49,330 nt of DNA from a virus: UHGV virus genome UHGV-0139780. One strand, 5' to 3'. Below, in pieces: positions 18,168 through 28,060 of this stretch. Each line of letters begins with the position of its first letter. Position 1 is the first letter of the stretch. The notes beneath the pieces are model-generated. The model was not told the origin of the DNA. It saw only the letters and a list, made by a program, of their open reading frames with translations, and made no database searches. A program made the translations under genes and the position numbers.

Positions 18168-21100
18168 ATGAAGGCTCTGATGGTTCGAACTGACTTCTCT
18201 CTTGGGGAGTCGGCTCTAAAAGCAGAAAACGCGGTGAAGATTGCCAGAGAAGCTGGCTACACCGCTGTAATTTCGGCAGATAGCATGAATATTGCGAGTG
18301 TTATTCCACTACAACGTGCCGCTGGTGACGACATGGCGGTTATTTGTGGTGTGAAACTAAACATTGTTGATGATCCCACATACGAGCACCGGGCTAAACT
18401 TGCTAAAGAGTCTATGGGATGTATGGAATCATTAGAGCGTGGGCGGAACTACTCCTTTACCGCTCTAATTAAAAATGAGCAGGGATATCGAGACATCTGC
18501 GAACTAATGACGGCGGCCAACACACGAGAACAGTTCTACTTTGTACCGCGTCTCTCGCTCGAACAGTTGGTTTCTACATATGCCAAAGGCAACATCATCC
18601 TGCTAACTTCCGACATCGGTAGCGTGTTCCAACGCAACGATTTTGCAAAAATCATAAGCACATTGATTACAGCGGGTGGAAAAGACAACTTCTATAGTGT
18701 GATTTATCCGCACCCTACCCCATTCTACGACCAGATTAACGTCCGGGCGATGAAAGTCGCCAGCGCACTGAAAATAGAGCCAGTAGCGTTTTATCCCGCT
18801 TATTACGAATCGATCGACGATGCAGACATTAAAGACATTGCGCACATGGTTACGAACAACATCAAAATCGACCAGCCGCATCGTCTGCGTATCCCCCACC
18901 AGCGAGATAACGCCGTCAATGGTCGCCGCCATCTCCTTGAGGCGCTTAAAGCCTTCTCCGTTCGCATGGATGTGCCGGTAACAGCTGCAATGGCCTCAAC
19001 AACGCAGGATACCATTATCGATGCCTGCACATGGCGCTGGCATGAATTGCCACCAGCACTGCCAAAGATGGCAGACGACGAGCCTGCAACTCTGATGAAA
19101 CTGGCCGTTGCTGGGCTGCGTAAACGTCTTACCACAAAAGAGTTTGGCTACACACCACCGGCTTCTGAGAACAGGGTTTATGTTGAGCGACTTAAGTACG
19201 AAATGGATACGCTGACTCGCCTGGGATTCTGTGGTTACTTCCTGATGGTACGCGATCTGATGAATCACAGCCGTGAAACTGGCATTCCTGTCGGGCCTGG
19301 TCGTGGTTCCTCTGCTGGCTCTCTGGTGGCATGGTGCATAGGCATAACCAACGTCGACCCTATCCGTCACGGTCTTCTGTTTGAACGTTTCATCAACCCT
19401 GAGCGTCTCGACTTGCCAGATGCGGATTTGGACTTCAGCCAGGCACGTCGCCATGAGGTGATCGAGTATCTGAATGAACGCTACGGCGAAGATTACGTTG
19501 CAGGCATTCCGAACTTCACATATCTGGGCGCAGCCTCTGCACTACGTGACACTGCTCGTATTTATGGTGTGGAGTCCGCAGATATGGCGGTATCAAAAGA
19601 ACTGAAGAACGTCGAGGATGATAGCCTTCCACTGGAGGAGCTGCGCGAACAACTGGCAAGTCTCGACAAATACGCGACAAAATACCCTGATGCATTCAAT
19701 GCAGCCTGCAAGTTACAAAGCCTTATGCGTGGCTTTGGTAGACATGCGGCAGGGATGATCGTAGCAGGTGTTCCTCTGACAGAACGTACACCGGTTGAAC
19801 GACGTGGTGACGCGCGTTGTATCGCATTTGACAAGCGTTACTGCGAGGCTATGGGCCTAATTAAGCTGGACGTGCTTGGCCTGGCAACTCTCGATTTGCT
19901 CGATAGTGCAAAACGCTACATTAAAGAGAACACAGGTGAAGATATCAATCTTGATGCCATATCTCTTGAAGATCGCAAGGTGCTGGATGGTTTTGCTGCT
20001 GGGTACACTCAAGGTGTTTTCCAGCTTGAATCAGGCCCAATGCGCAAGCTGCTTAAAGATTTAGGTGGTGGAATTGAGCCAATGAGCTTTAAAACGGTTG
20101 TTGCTACGACTGCGCTCTTCCGGCCGGGACCAATTCAGTCAGGCATGTTGGATGATTATGTTTCTGTCGCCAAAGGCTTTATGACGCCGGAATCATTACA
20201 CCCCGTTCTTGATGAACTTACCGCAGAAACAAATGGCGTGATTCTCTATCAGGAACAGACGATGAACGCGACTCGATTGCTTGCTGGCTTCACAATGGCT
20301 GAAGCTGACGGTGTGCGTTCCGCAATCGGTAAGAAGAACATGGAAAAAATGAAGAGCATGGGCGAGAAGTTCATCGTTCAGGCTCAAGCTGGCTGGATAG
20401 ACGTTGAGCTGGAAGATGGCACTACACAGCGCATTCACCGTGCGGAACATTTTAAATGCGAAGACGGAACCCTGAAAACTGTCGAAGAAGCACTTGAGCA
20501 CGGAGCAAAACTACCTATAAACGCAGTACGCGTTACAGCGTCACATCCAGGGCTATCAGAGATGAAGGCGAAGGAGATCTGGACTGCATTCGAGAAAAAT
20601 GGTGCCTACCAGTTCAACAAATCACACTCTGTTGCTTACTCCTTAATCAGTTATCAATCTATGTGGTTGAAAACTCATTATCCCGCAGAGTTTTTCGCTG
20701 CTGCTCTCACTATTCTTGGCGAAGATAAACACCAGGGGCTGGTTAAAGATGCGCTGACCTATGGTATTCGCGTATTGCCACCAGACGTTAACGTGTCATC
20801 TAACCGAATCGAGATCCGCACGCTTGAAGATGGCAGCCAGGTGCTGTATGCGCCCTTCTCTGCTGTGAAGGGGTGTTCTGAGAATGGCTGCCAAGCCATC
20901 ATGAGAGCGCGAGAAAAAGTTGGCGGCAAATTCGAGTCACTGGCGCAATTCGAAGAAGCTGTCGAGAAACGTTCCTGTAATAGTCGAGTGCGCGAATCAC
21001 TGCAAAAAGTAGGTGCGTTTGCATCCATAGAGCCAGGTAGTCTGCCAGCAACTGATCCAGAGCGTCTCCGCGACCAGGCAGAATTGATGGGAAACCTTGT

Positions 21101-21686
21101 CATAGATGCAGTTAAAGCCTCACGTCCGTTTGAGATGAACCCCAAACGTTCGGCTGAGATTAACGTGCTCATGACACGGATGGCGGCTGAAATGAGCTTA
21201 GGTGATGAACTAATCCGCCCCAGCATTGGTATTAAGCCGAAAATCATGATCATTCTGGACAATGCAAACGGTAATGATGCTCGAACCGGTTACTTCATGG
21301 AGAACGGATACGACGATTTTAAGGCCAAGCTGTTGACGGCTGGAGATCTGCGCATGGGCGATATCTATGTCACAGGCGTTTGCAAAAAGATGAAAGACAA
21401 AGAAAAGGACTACACCAAAGACGAGATCGGCCAGTTCACCGACTTTATGCGTGAAGAGATCAATCTGGTGCGTCCGACCTATGTGCTGACGTGTGGCAGC
21501 CGGGCAACGGCATTGTTTAACAACAAAAACAAGCCATCCGATTTGGTCGGCAGGAAGGAGTATCTTCCAGACCTTGACGTTACTGTCTTTTACGGGTTTA
21601 ACCCCAACATTCTTTACTTCAGACCTGAAGAGGGGGAACGACTAGAAGCGATATTAGCCGACGTAGCAGAAACTATTAAGACGTGA
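18168..21686 (+). CDS. dnaE: DNA polymerase III alpha subunit (DnaE-type, PHP domain) with C-terminal extension
   Basis: Recalled DnaE blocks: GFCGYFLMV, GIPVGPGRGSSAGSLVAWCIGIT, LLFERFINPER, PDADLDF. Confidence 0.85.
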   Translation: MKALMVRTDFSLGESALKAENAVKIAREAGYTAVISADSMNIASVIPLQRAAGDDMAVICGVKLNIVDDPTYEHRAKLAKESMGCMESLERGRNYSFTALIKNEQGYRDICELMTAANTREQFYFVPRLSLEQLVSTYAKGNIILLTSDIGSVFQRNDFAKIISTLITAGGKDNFYSVIYPHPTPFYDQINVRAMKVASALKIEPVAFYPAYYESIDDADIKDIAHMVTNNIKIDQPHRLRIPHQRDNAVNGRRHLLEALKAFSVRMDVPVTAAMASTTQDTIIDACTWRWHELPPALPKMADDEPATLMKLAVAGLRKRLTTKEFGYTPPASENRVYVERLKYEMDTLTRLGFCGYFLMVRDLMNHSRETGIPVGPGRGSSAGSLVAWCIGITNVDPIRHGLLFERFINPERLDLPDADLDFSQARRHEVIEYLNERYGEDYVAGIPNFTYLGAASALRDTARIYGVESADMAVSKELKNVEDDSLPLEELREQLASLDKYATKYPDAFNAACKLQSLMRGFGRHAAGMIVAGVPLTERTPVERRGDARCIAFDKRYCEAMGLIKLDVLGLATLDLLDSAKRYIKENTGEDINLDAISLEDRKVLDGFAAGYTQGVFQLESGPMRKLLKDLGGGIEPMSFKTVVATTALFRPGPIQSGMLDDYVSVAKGFMTPESLHPVLDELTAETNGVILYQEQTMNATRLLAGFTMAEADGVRSAIGKKNMEKMKSMGEKFIVQAQAGWIDVELEDGTTQRIHRAEHFKCEDGTLKTVEEALEHGAKLPINAVRVTASHPGLSEMKAKEIWTAFEKNGAYQFNKSHSVAYSLISYQSMWLKTHYPAEFFAAALTILGEDKHQGLVKDALTYGIRVLPPDVNVSSNRIEIRTLEDGSQVLYAPFSAVKGCSENGCQAIMRAREKVGGKFESLAQFEEAVEKRSCNSRVRESLQKVGAFASIEPGSLPATDPERLRDQAELMGNLVIDAVKASRPFEMNPKRSAEINVLMTRMAAEMSLGDELIRPSIGIKPKIMIILDNANGNDARTGYFMENGYDDFKAKLLTAGDLRMGDIYVTGVCKKMKDKEKDYTKDEIGQFTDFMREEINLVRPTYVLTCGSRATALFNNKNKPSDLVGRKEYLPDLDVTVFYGFNPNILYFRPEEGERLEAILADVAETIKT
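21240..21683 (+). other. C-terminal domain of DnaE resembling a degenerate family-4 uracil-DNA glycosylase fold
   Basis: Last 148 aa align by eye to UDG4 block order, with catalytic motifs altered (DNANG in place of GEAPG; NPN in place of HPS). Confidence 0.35.
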
Positions 21687-21693
21687 TCCAATA

Positions 21694-21719
21694 AACATGG
21701 CCATAAAGGCCATGTTTTC
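21694..21719 (+). terminator. hairpin after dnaE (terminator-like, short T-run)
   Basis: aacatggcc ataaa ggccatgtt then ttcc; overlaps the first codons of the track ORF 21697. Confidence 0.45.
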
Positions 21720-21789
21720 CCTTATCCCCTCACATCCCCCTATCTTCAAGCTCATTGCTTCATCATCACAATGCTATAATAAATACAAA

Positions 21790-22245
21790 ATGATAAGTGA
21801 TAAGGAAATGCTCATGTTCGCCGATATTTACGAGAAAATAATGTCTGATCTCGAGTTTGACCGAGACAATCTGGAAGAAGTCTGGCGTAGACAACCCCGC
21901 CTTTTAATGGAGTATGGCTCAAAACTCGCTCATGCAGAAAGAAGTGTCGCAGAGGCAAAACTTAACCTTGAAGCTGTTGAAGCCAAGCTATACGACACAG
22001 AGCGTAAGAACTTGAGTATGAACGGCATTAAGTTCAATGAGTCTGTACTGGACGCTAAGGTTAAAACAAACCCACAGTATCTGTCTAAACGGCAGAAGTT
22101 GGATGAAGCACGGCACATCGCAGACATATACAAACATGCTGTCGCCGCCTTTTCGCATCGCCGAGACATGATCGTTCAGGCGTCGAAGATGGCCATCGTT
22201 GAGTTAGATCGATTAGGCTCTGAACGCTTTATTACTCCCCGCTGA
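21790..22245 (+). CDS. hypothetical protein (possibly UvsY-like recombination mediator; weak)
   Basis: Start moved to ATG at 21790, downstream of the hairpin and a TATAAT-like box; about 151 aa, mostly helical and charged. Confidence 0.35.
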   Translation: MISDKEMLMFADIYEKIMSDLEFDRDNLEEVWRRQPRLLMEYGSKLAHAERSVAEAKLNLEAVEAKLYDTERKNLSMNGIKFNESVLDAKVKTNPQYLSKRQKLDEARHIADIYKHAVAAFSHRRDMIVQASKMAIVELDRLGSERFITPR

Positions 22246-22362
22246 TTTTTGATAGATAATAAGTATGTACTGATCTATCATTTGACAGCTCGAAAAAGCC
22301 ACGAATGAACGAAAGCCCAACGCGCATAGCGCCATCGGTCAAATCACAACAAGGAGAAACAC

Positions 22363-23391
22363 ATGTCTAAGACATTACTTGATTTGCTTAACAAAACTCG
22401 TAAAGACATTGCCGCCAAACGTGGTAACAACGTTGATCTGGCTCGCTTAAAAGATGGCATCAACTATATCCGTATCTTCCCGAATAAAGACGATCCAAAT
22501 GGTAAGTTTTTCCAGACTTTCGGTATGCACTACGTTAAGTATCAGAACGAGGACGGTAAAGAAGCCACCAACGCTTATATTTGTGAGCAACAAACTCACG
22601 GTCGCGCTTGTCAGCTATGCGAAATGGTGATGGAAGGTCGCGCTCGTCACAAGGATAACACAGCAATGGAAGATCGCATCAGTAAAATGCGCGCGTCCCC
22701 TCGCTACCTAGTCAACGGTGTTCTGTCTGCGCGTGAAGACTTTGCCGATGCAGAGAAATGCCAGTTAATCGAATTGCCGTCCACGGTCTTCGACGATATC
22801 TGCAAAGCAATCGCCGAAGACATTGCTGACGATATCGGAAATCCACTGAGCAAAGAGGAAGGCTACGCATTCCTGATTAATCGCACTGGCTCTTACCCCA
22901 ATACCGTATATGACCTCACGCGTAAGCGTAAAGTCTTCAACGGCGATATCGAAGATAAATTCTGGAACACCCAGCATGATCTAAGCGCATTCGTAAATCA
23001 GGCTGATGAAACTCGTCTTCTCTCGACAATTCGCACTATGGGCCGTCTGATTGGCATCGCAGCACCAACTGCCTCTGCATCTGCACCAGCAATTTCCTCT
23101 ACCGCGAAAACATCGGCCGCGGCACTGCCTGGATTTGGCTCTGTCACTGGTCATACGGAGGGTGCGACTGCTGTAGCAACCGCTCACACCCCAGCTTCTG
23201 AACCAACCAGTCTGGTTGATGAAGAAATCCTCCGTGCCGTTGAAACTGAATTTAAACCAGAAGCAAGTTCCGCTGCCGTTGCCGTATCAGTCAAAGAGTC
23301 TGAAGCAGTCGCAGCGACATCTGTAGCAGCCGCATCTGCGACGGAAGATGAAGGTCTGGATGATCTACTGAGAGAGCTTGACTCTCTGTAA
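22363..23391 (+). CDS. gp32-like single-stranded DNA-binding protein
   Basis: IRIFPNKDD block, Cys/His cluster (CEQQTHGRACQLC), Ala/Ser-rich linker and acidic C-terminus (DDLLRELDSL), as in T4 gp32. Confidence 0.6.
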   Translation: MSKTLLDLLNKTRKDIAAKRGNNVDLARLKDGINYIRIFPNKDDPNGKFFQTFGMHYVKYQNEDGKEATNAYICEQQTHGRACQLCEMVMEGRARHKDNTAMEDRISKMRASPRYLVNGVLSAREDFADAEKCQLIELPSTVFDDICKAIAEDIADDIGNPLSKEEGYAFLINRTGSYPNTVYDLTRKRKVFNGDIEDKFWNTQHDLSAFVNQADETRLLSTIRTMGRLIGIAAPTASASAPAISSTAKTSAAALPGFGSVTGHTEGATAVATAHTPASEPTSLVDEEILRAVETEFKPEASSAAVAVSVKESEAVAATSVAAASATEDEGLDDLLRELDSL

Positions 23392-23406
23392 TCCCATTAC
23401 GTGACC

Positions 23407-23436
23407 AGTAAGGCGTCTACGGACGCCTTACTTTTT
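23407..23436 (+). terminator. rho-independent terminator after the SSB gene
   Basis: agtaaggcgtc tacg gacgccttact followed by ttttt. Confidence 0.65.
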
Positions 23437-23451
23437 GGAAGGAATGTACCG

Positions 23452-24396
23452 GTGAATTATCTCTTCGTAGATGGCAATAGCCTGGGTTATTACCACCAAA
23501 AATCTGACAAATTGTATAACGGCGAAATGGAAGTACAGGCTGCTTTCGGCTTTGTTAAGAACGTCCGTCGTTATGCCTCAATTCTCCATGCCCGGCCTAT
23601 GATTCTTTGGGATGGATTTAGTGACAAGCGTCGCGACTTTTACCCGGATTACAAGGCAAATCGCGACAACGACCCTGATATAAAAAAGATGAAGGAAGGC
23701 TTTGCTATCCAGAAGCCATACATCCTCAAAATGATGACCGCGCTTGGAGTTAACCAACTCATTGCAAAAGATGCAGAAGCGGACGATCTGGCCGGGCTGC
23801 TGGTATCCCGTATGGCACCGCAGCCAACCGTTGAACACATCTATCTGTTAACAGGCGATGGTGACTGGCTTCAGTTAGTTCGTGAAAACGTAAGCTGGGT
23901 AAGCCTGCGTGAAGACGCCAAAAACAAGCAGGTTAATTTTGAGCAATTTGCGGAGCTGACAGGGTTCGCCACGCCTCGCGCATTTTTGGAAGCAAAAGCA
24001 TTACAAGGCGATAACTCGGACAACATTAGCGGTGTTGGTGGCATTGGTGCTGGCGGTGCGAAAGAGCTGCTGCATGAATGGGGAAGTGTCGCAACGATGG
24101 TACGCGGCATCAACGACGGCTCAATCGTGGTTAATAAAGGGCGTCATAAGACCGCCTTCAACAAACTAGCGAAGAATGCCTTCAACGAGAAAACAGGCTG
24201 TCGAATGCTCGAAGCGTTCAAGAGAAACATCACGCTAATGAACCTGATTGAGACGAAGTTTCCGCCTACCGAAATCGAAACAATCAAAGGCAATCGTGAC
24301 GTGAAAGCATTCGAGCAACTGTGTTACGAGCTGAATTTCCGTTCGTTCCTTGAAGACCTTGAAGTGTTTGTTCTTCCATTCGAAAGGTATTGCTAA
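23452..24396 (+). CDS. 5'-3' exonuclease / flap endonuclease (FEN, RNase H-like)
   Basis: FEN-family blocks by eye: N-terminal FVDGNSL, central LTGDGDWLQLV, and a Gly-rich helix-hairpin-helix-like segment; start set to GTG 23452 after GGAAGGA, downstream of the terminator. Confidence 0.7.
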   Translation: MNYLFVDGNSLGYYHQKSDKLYNGEMEVQAAFGFVKNVRRYASILHARPMILWDGFSDKRRDFYPDYKANRDNDPDIKKMKEGFAIQKPYILKMMTALGVNQLIAKDAEADDLAGLLVSRMAPQPTVEHIYLLTGDGDWLQLVRENVSWVSLREDAKNKQVNFEQFAELTGFATPRAFLEAKALQGDNSDNISGVGGIGAGGAKELLHEWGSVATMVRGINDGSIVVNKGRHKTAFNKLAKNAFNEKTGCRMLEAFKRNITLMNLIETKFPPTEIETIKGNRDVKAFEQLCYELNFRSFLEDLEVFVLPFERYC

Positions 24397-24662
24397 TGCT
24401 TAAATCGATTATTAATGGCGCTACAACCACCCCTGCCAAACTGGCAAAAGAGATTGTCTTTTATCACGGTGAGTACGCTGTCATCGCACTGCCGTCAATT
24501 CTAGGCGCTGCCGGAATGAAAGCGACAAATCGCGAGTTTGAATTAGTCAGCGAGCAGGTCGTAAAAATCCTCGCTCGTTTATCCAAACTCCTTAACCACG
24601 ATGCGATTGTATTCGACGAATCCGCCGCTTTAAAACGAATCAACAAAACAAAAGGAGCCTGA
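24390..24662 (+). CDS. hypothetical small protein
   Basis: 90-aa ORF tightly packed between the FEN and recombinase genes. Confidence 0.3.
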   Translation: MLMLKSIINGATTTPAKLAKEIVFYHGEYAVIALPSILGAAGMKATNREFELVSEQVVKILARLSKLLNHDAIVFDESAALKRINKTKGA

Positions 24663-24664
24663 TC

Positions 24665-26842
24665 ATGGCAAAAGGAAAATCCGCACTGGCACTTGCTCTG
24701 AAAAAGAAAATCGGTAGCAACGACGAAATTCAGAAAGTAACTCATTGGATTGACACAGGCTTTCCTCCGTTAAACAAAGCTATTTCCGGTCGTTACGATG
24801 GCGGTTTCCCATGTGGTCGTATCGTAGAAGTATTCGGGCCGCCAAGCGCGGGGAAAACCTTTTTGGCAACAGCAGCAATGATATCCGCTCAGAAACAAGA
24901 TGGTCTGGCGGTATTCCTCGATCATGAGAACAGTTTTGATGTTGGCCTGGCTGTCGCCAATGGCCTGAACGCAGATGAGGATGACGGTCAGTGGGTATAC
25001 AAGCAGCCTGATACCTTCGAAGACTCTGTAGAGTTGATCGGCACAATACTTAAATTGGTACGTGATGAAGAGCTTATCCCTGAATCAGCACCTATCTGTA
25101 TCGTGGCTGACTCACTTGCGTCTATGGTTCCGAACTCCAAAGCCGAGAAGTTCGAAAAGATGGCTGAAGGCACTGCCAAAGACAAAGATCAGCTAAACAT
25201 GAACGACAATACGGCGCTGGCGCGTGCGACGAGTGCGAACTTTCCTACTCTGGCTTTGTGGGCGCGTAAATACAATGCTTGTTTAATTTTCCTCAATCAG
25301 ATGAGGACAAATCTGGGAATTATGTTTGGCGATAGATGTTTGAGAGGGGATGCAATAATACCTTTCGTTGATGGCACAAGCGCAACTATCCGAGAAATTG
25401 TAGAGAACAAAATAGAAAAAGATGTGTGGTCGTACAACGAAGAGTCAGGCGTTATCGAGCCAAAGAAAATCAACGAATGGCATGATAACGGCCGCAAGCC
25501 AGATGATGAGGAATGGATACACATCAGCACGCTTGGACACAATACCAAAAACGGGGTTATGGCTGCGACATTTACAGAGGATCACCGCATCCTGACTCGT
25601 CGTGGTTGGACTACGGCCAAAGACATAATTGAAGGCGATGAATTGCTTACCAAGCGCACAACTGTTTTAACTAATGAAACCAGGTCTCAAGTTGTCGGCT
25701 TCTTAGTGGGAGACTGCGCTTTTAGAAAGATGAGAGGCGAAAGAACCACAGCAGGCATTGCTTTTCAGGATAATGCGAACCCGTCTTACTCAAAGTGGAA
25801 AGCGGATAAGCTATCGAATCTATTTGGCGAATTTACAGAGACAAAAGTTCTTTTAGGTCGAATGTCAGGAAAGTACGGAATTAGACACGACTCTCCTGTT
25901 AACAACGATTTTAAAGACCTGGAGGATTATGTCAGAAATCCGCTAAAAGTGTTTACGGAGTTTGCCTCCTGGCAAAACTTCGCTCTACTGGTAATGGATG
26001 ACGGTCATCTTGATAGCAGAGGTCGATACGACATTTCATTTAAACGTAAGGCTAAAAAACACTGTGGCAGAGGGTATCTCCAAAACCTGGCCGATATCCT
26101 GTACGACAAATTCAGCATCAGATCAAAAGTTAACGCGCGTAAGGGAGGCCTCCTCTTTGACCAGGAATCCAGCGCCATAATTGCTGAGAATATTGCATCG
26201 TTTGTCTTTGATTCTATGCAGTACAAGCTCCCCTCGGAGTATCGTGGCAAGTTCGTCGATAATTATGATATGCAACCGGTAGTCTCATTCTATGAACATT
26301 GGACGGTCGTCAAAGATGTCCGCGAGAGCAAGGTAAAAAAGGGAGCGGGGAGAACATTAACACGACGTTATGACATTGGTGTTGAAGACAACCATAACTA
26401 TATGGTTGGAAATTCGGCAAATGGATTTATCGTTCACAATTGCACGTCACCAGGTGGCGATTCACCGAAGTTTTACGCTTCTGTGCGCATCCGTCTCGGT
26501 GCATCGGTGATGAAGGATGGTAAAGAGAAGATCGGTCAGGACGTAGGCGCAGAGTGCATCAAAAACAAAGTTGCACCACCGTATGGCAAATGCACCTGGA
26601 AATTCTACTTCGATCCTACTCGTGGCCTCGACGTTATCGAATCGCTCGTCGAGTACATGCTGGAAGAAGGATACCTGCCAAAGAACGCCAGCGGGCGCGT
26701 AGAAATTGGTGACAAGAAATACACCAAATCACAGATCGTCGAGATGTATCGGGAGAAGCCACTAGCTGAAATCATTGCGGCTTTACAGGCAATCGACGAC
26801 CGGAGAGCAAAAGATACCCCCACGGAGTCAGTAGAAGGGTAA
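24665..26842 (+). CDS. RecA/UvsX-like recombinase interrupted by an intein
   Basis: Walker A GPPSAGKT; exteins rejoin as LNQMRTNLGIMFGDR-CTSPGGDSPKFYASVRIRLG, matching the RecA block NQIR..[23 protein letters not shown]. Confidence 0.7.
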   Translation: MAKGKSALALALKKKIGSNDEIQKVTHWIDTGFPPLNKAISGRYDGGFPCGRIVEVFGPPSAGKTFLATAAMISAQKQDGLAVFLDHENSFDVGLAVANGLNADEDDGQWVYKQPDTFEDSVELIGTILKLVRDEELIPESAPICIVADSLASMVPNSKAEKFEKMAEGTAKDKDQLNMNDNTALARATSANFPTLALWARKYNACLIFLNQMRTNLGIMFGDRCLRGDAIIPFVDGTSATIREIVENKIEKDVWSYNEESGVIEPKKINEWHDNGRKPDDEEWIHISTLGHNTKNGVMAATFTEDHRILTRRGWTTAKDIIEGDELLTKRTTVLTNETRSQVVGFLVGDCAFRKMRGERTTAGIAFQDNANPSYSKWKADKLSNLFGEFTETKVLLGRMSGKYGIRHDSPVNNDFKDLEDYVRNPLKVFTEFASWQNFALLVMDDGHLDSRGRYDISFKRKAKKHCGRGYLQNLADILYDKFSIRSKVNARKGGLLFDQESSAIIAENIASFVFDSMQYKLPSEYRGKFVDNYDMQPVVSFYEHWTVVKDVRESKVKKGAGRTLTRRYDIGVEDNHNYMVGNSANGFIVHNCTSPGGDSPKFYASVRIRLGASVMKDGKEKIGQDVGAECIKNKVAPPYGKCTWKFYFDPTRGLDVIESLVEYMLEEGYLPKNASGRVEIGDKKYTKSQIVEMYREKPLAEIIAALQAIDDRRAKDTPTESVEG
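25337..26440 (+). mobile_element. intein with LAGLIDADG homing-endonuclease domain in the recombinase
   Basis: 368 aa beginning CLRGDAII and ending FIVHN with Cys +1; internal VVGFLVGDCAF and FALLVMDDGHL blocks. Confidence 0.7.
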
Positions 26843-26847
26843 ACACA

Positions 26848-26871
26848 AGGCGTCCTATGGACGCCTTTTTT
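26848..26871 (+). terminator. rho-independent terminator
   Basis: aaggcgtcc tatg gacgcctt followed by tttttt. Confidence 0.7.
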
Positions 26872-26934
26872 ATCTCTTGAAAATATATAAGCACTTACTT
26901 ATCATTTTCGCATAACAACCACATAGGAAAACAC

Positions 26935-27135
26935 ATGATCAAAATCTATCTATTGGCAGTAGCCACAGGTCTTTCAGTGGCTCTCATCTACGGATTACTG
27001 GTTCCGTCGCTGATTTCTGCAAAGAGTGATTTGGCCGTCATGCTTGGAGTTCTCGTTGGTTTTGGTACTCCTGTAATCGGTCTTATTGCTGGTCGTAAGT
27101 TTATTAACTCATTAATCAAAGCAAAGGGGAAATAA
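26935..27135 (+). CDS. small hydrophobic membrane protein
   Basis: 66 aa, two predicted TM helices; start context ACATAGGAAAACACATG. Confidence 0.3.
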   Translation: MIKIYLLAVATGLSVALIYGLLVPSLISAKSDLAVMLGVLVGFGTPVIGLIAGRKFINSLIKAKGK

Positions 27136-27138
27136 GTA

Positions 27139-27969
27139 ATGAAGAAAGGTTTACTTGCAGTTGCTCTGGCGGCTATTTGCACAATGGGTCTTACTGGCTG
27201 TGATCGCGTGGAGCCTGGATACGTTGGCATCAAAGTAAACAAATTAGGTGAAGACAAAGGGATTGGTGAAGTGGTTGGCGTTGGTCGCCAATGGACAGGT
27301 CTTAACACCGAACTTTACGTATTCCCGACCTTCAAACAAATGAAGACCTACGACGAGCCGTTCACATTCCAGATGAGTGACGGTACTGCTATTGGTCACA
27401 AAATTGGCGTTGCGTATCTGGTTAATCGTGACAAGGTAACGACGGTGTTCCAGACCTATCGCAAAGGCGTAGATGATATCACCGAATCAGATCTGCGTCA
27501 GAAAATTGCCGACTCTCTAAACCGTTTGGCCAGCCGTATGACCACTGACTCATTTATCGACGGTGGTAAGGCGCAATTGCTGGACAACGCACTGAAAGAT
27601 ATTCAGAAAGAGATGTCTCCGGTTGGTATTGAGGTACTGAGCCTGTCATGGGTTGGAAAGCCTGATTACCCAAAAACCGTCATTGAATCTATCAACGCCA
27701 AAGTAACGGCTAACCAGCGTACTCTGCAACGTCAGCAGGAAGTCGAACAACGTAAAGCTGAGGCGAATATGCTGCGTGAACAGGCTAATGGTGAAGCTGA
27801 TGCTATTCGTGCTCGTGCGCAAGCAGAAGCAGACGCTATTCGTCTGCGCGGTGAAGCTCTGCGTCAAAACCCGAACGTTATGGAACTGGAAGCCATCAAT
27901 AAATGGAATGGCCAGTTACCGCAGTACATGACTCAAGGGGCTAACACTCCTTTCATTACAGTGAAATAA
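27139..27969 (+). CDS. SPFH/band-7 domain lipoprotein
   Basis: Lipobox LTGC after a signal peptide; band-7-like body with Ala/Glu/Arg/Gln-rich C-terminal coiled-coil region. Confidence 0.55.
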   Translation: MKKGLLAVALAAICTMGLTGCDRVEPGYVGIKVNKLGEDKGIGEVVGVGRQWTGLNTELYVFPTFKQMKTYDEPFTFQMSDGTAIGHKIGVAYLVNRDKVTTVFQTYRKGVDDITESDLRQKIADSLNRLASRMTTDSFIDGGKAQLLDNALKDIQKEMSPVGIEVLSLSWVGKPDYPKTVIESINAKVTANQRTLQRQQEVEQRKAEANMLREQANGEADAIRARAQAEADAIRLRGEALRQNPNVMELEAINKWNGQLPQYMTQGANTPFITVK

Positions 27970-27985
27970 CTCCCCTTAAAAGTTC

Positions 27986-28010
27986 AGGCGTCCAGTTGGA
28001 CGCCTTTTTT
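27986..28010 (+). terminator. rho-independent terminator
   Basis: aggcgtcc agtt ggacgcct followed by tttttt; stem nearly identical to the 26848 terminator. Confidence 0.7.
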
Positions 28011-28060
28011 ATCGCAATTATCTTATTAAGAAAACAATTTGTTTAAATGGTTAAGAAAAC

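Noticed and set aside
13953-19454. Minus-strand ORFs inside CobT-like, CobS-like and dnaE genes (e.g. 14304..14687, 17361..17837, 18996..19454)
   Set aside because: Fully embedded antisense to long motif-rich + strand genes; treated as frame-shadow ORFs.
21697-21789. Track start of ORF 21697..22245
   Set aside because: Its first codons form the dnaE terminator hairpin and are followed by a TATAAT-like box; start moved to 21790.
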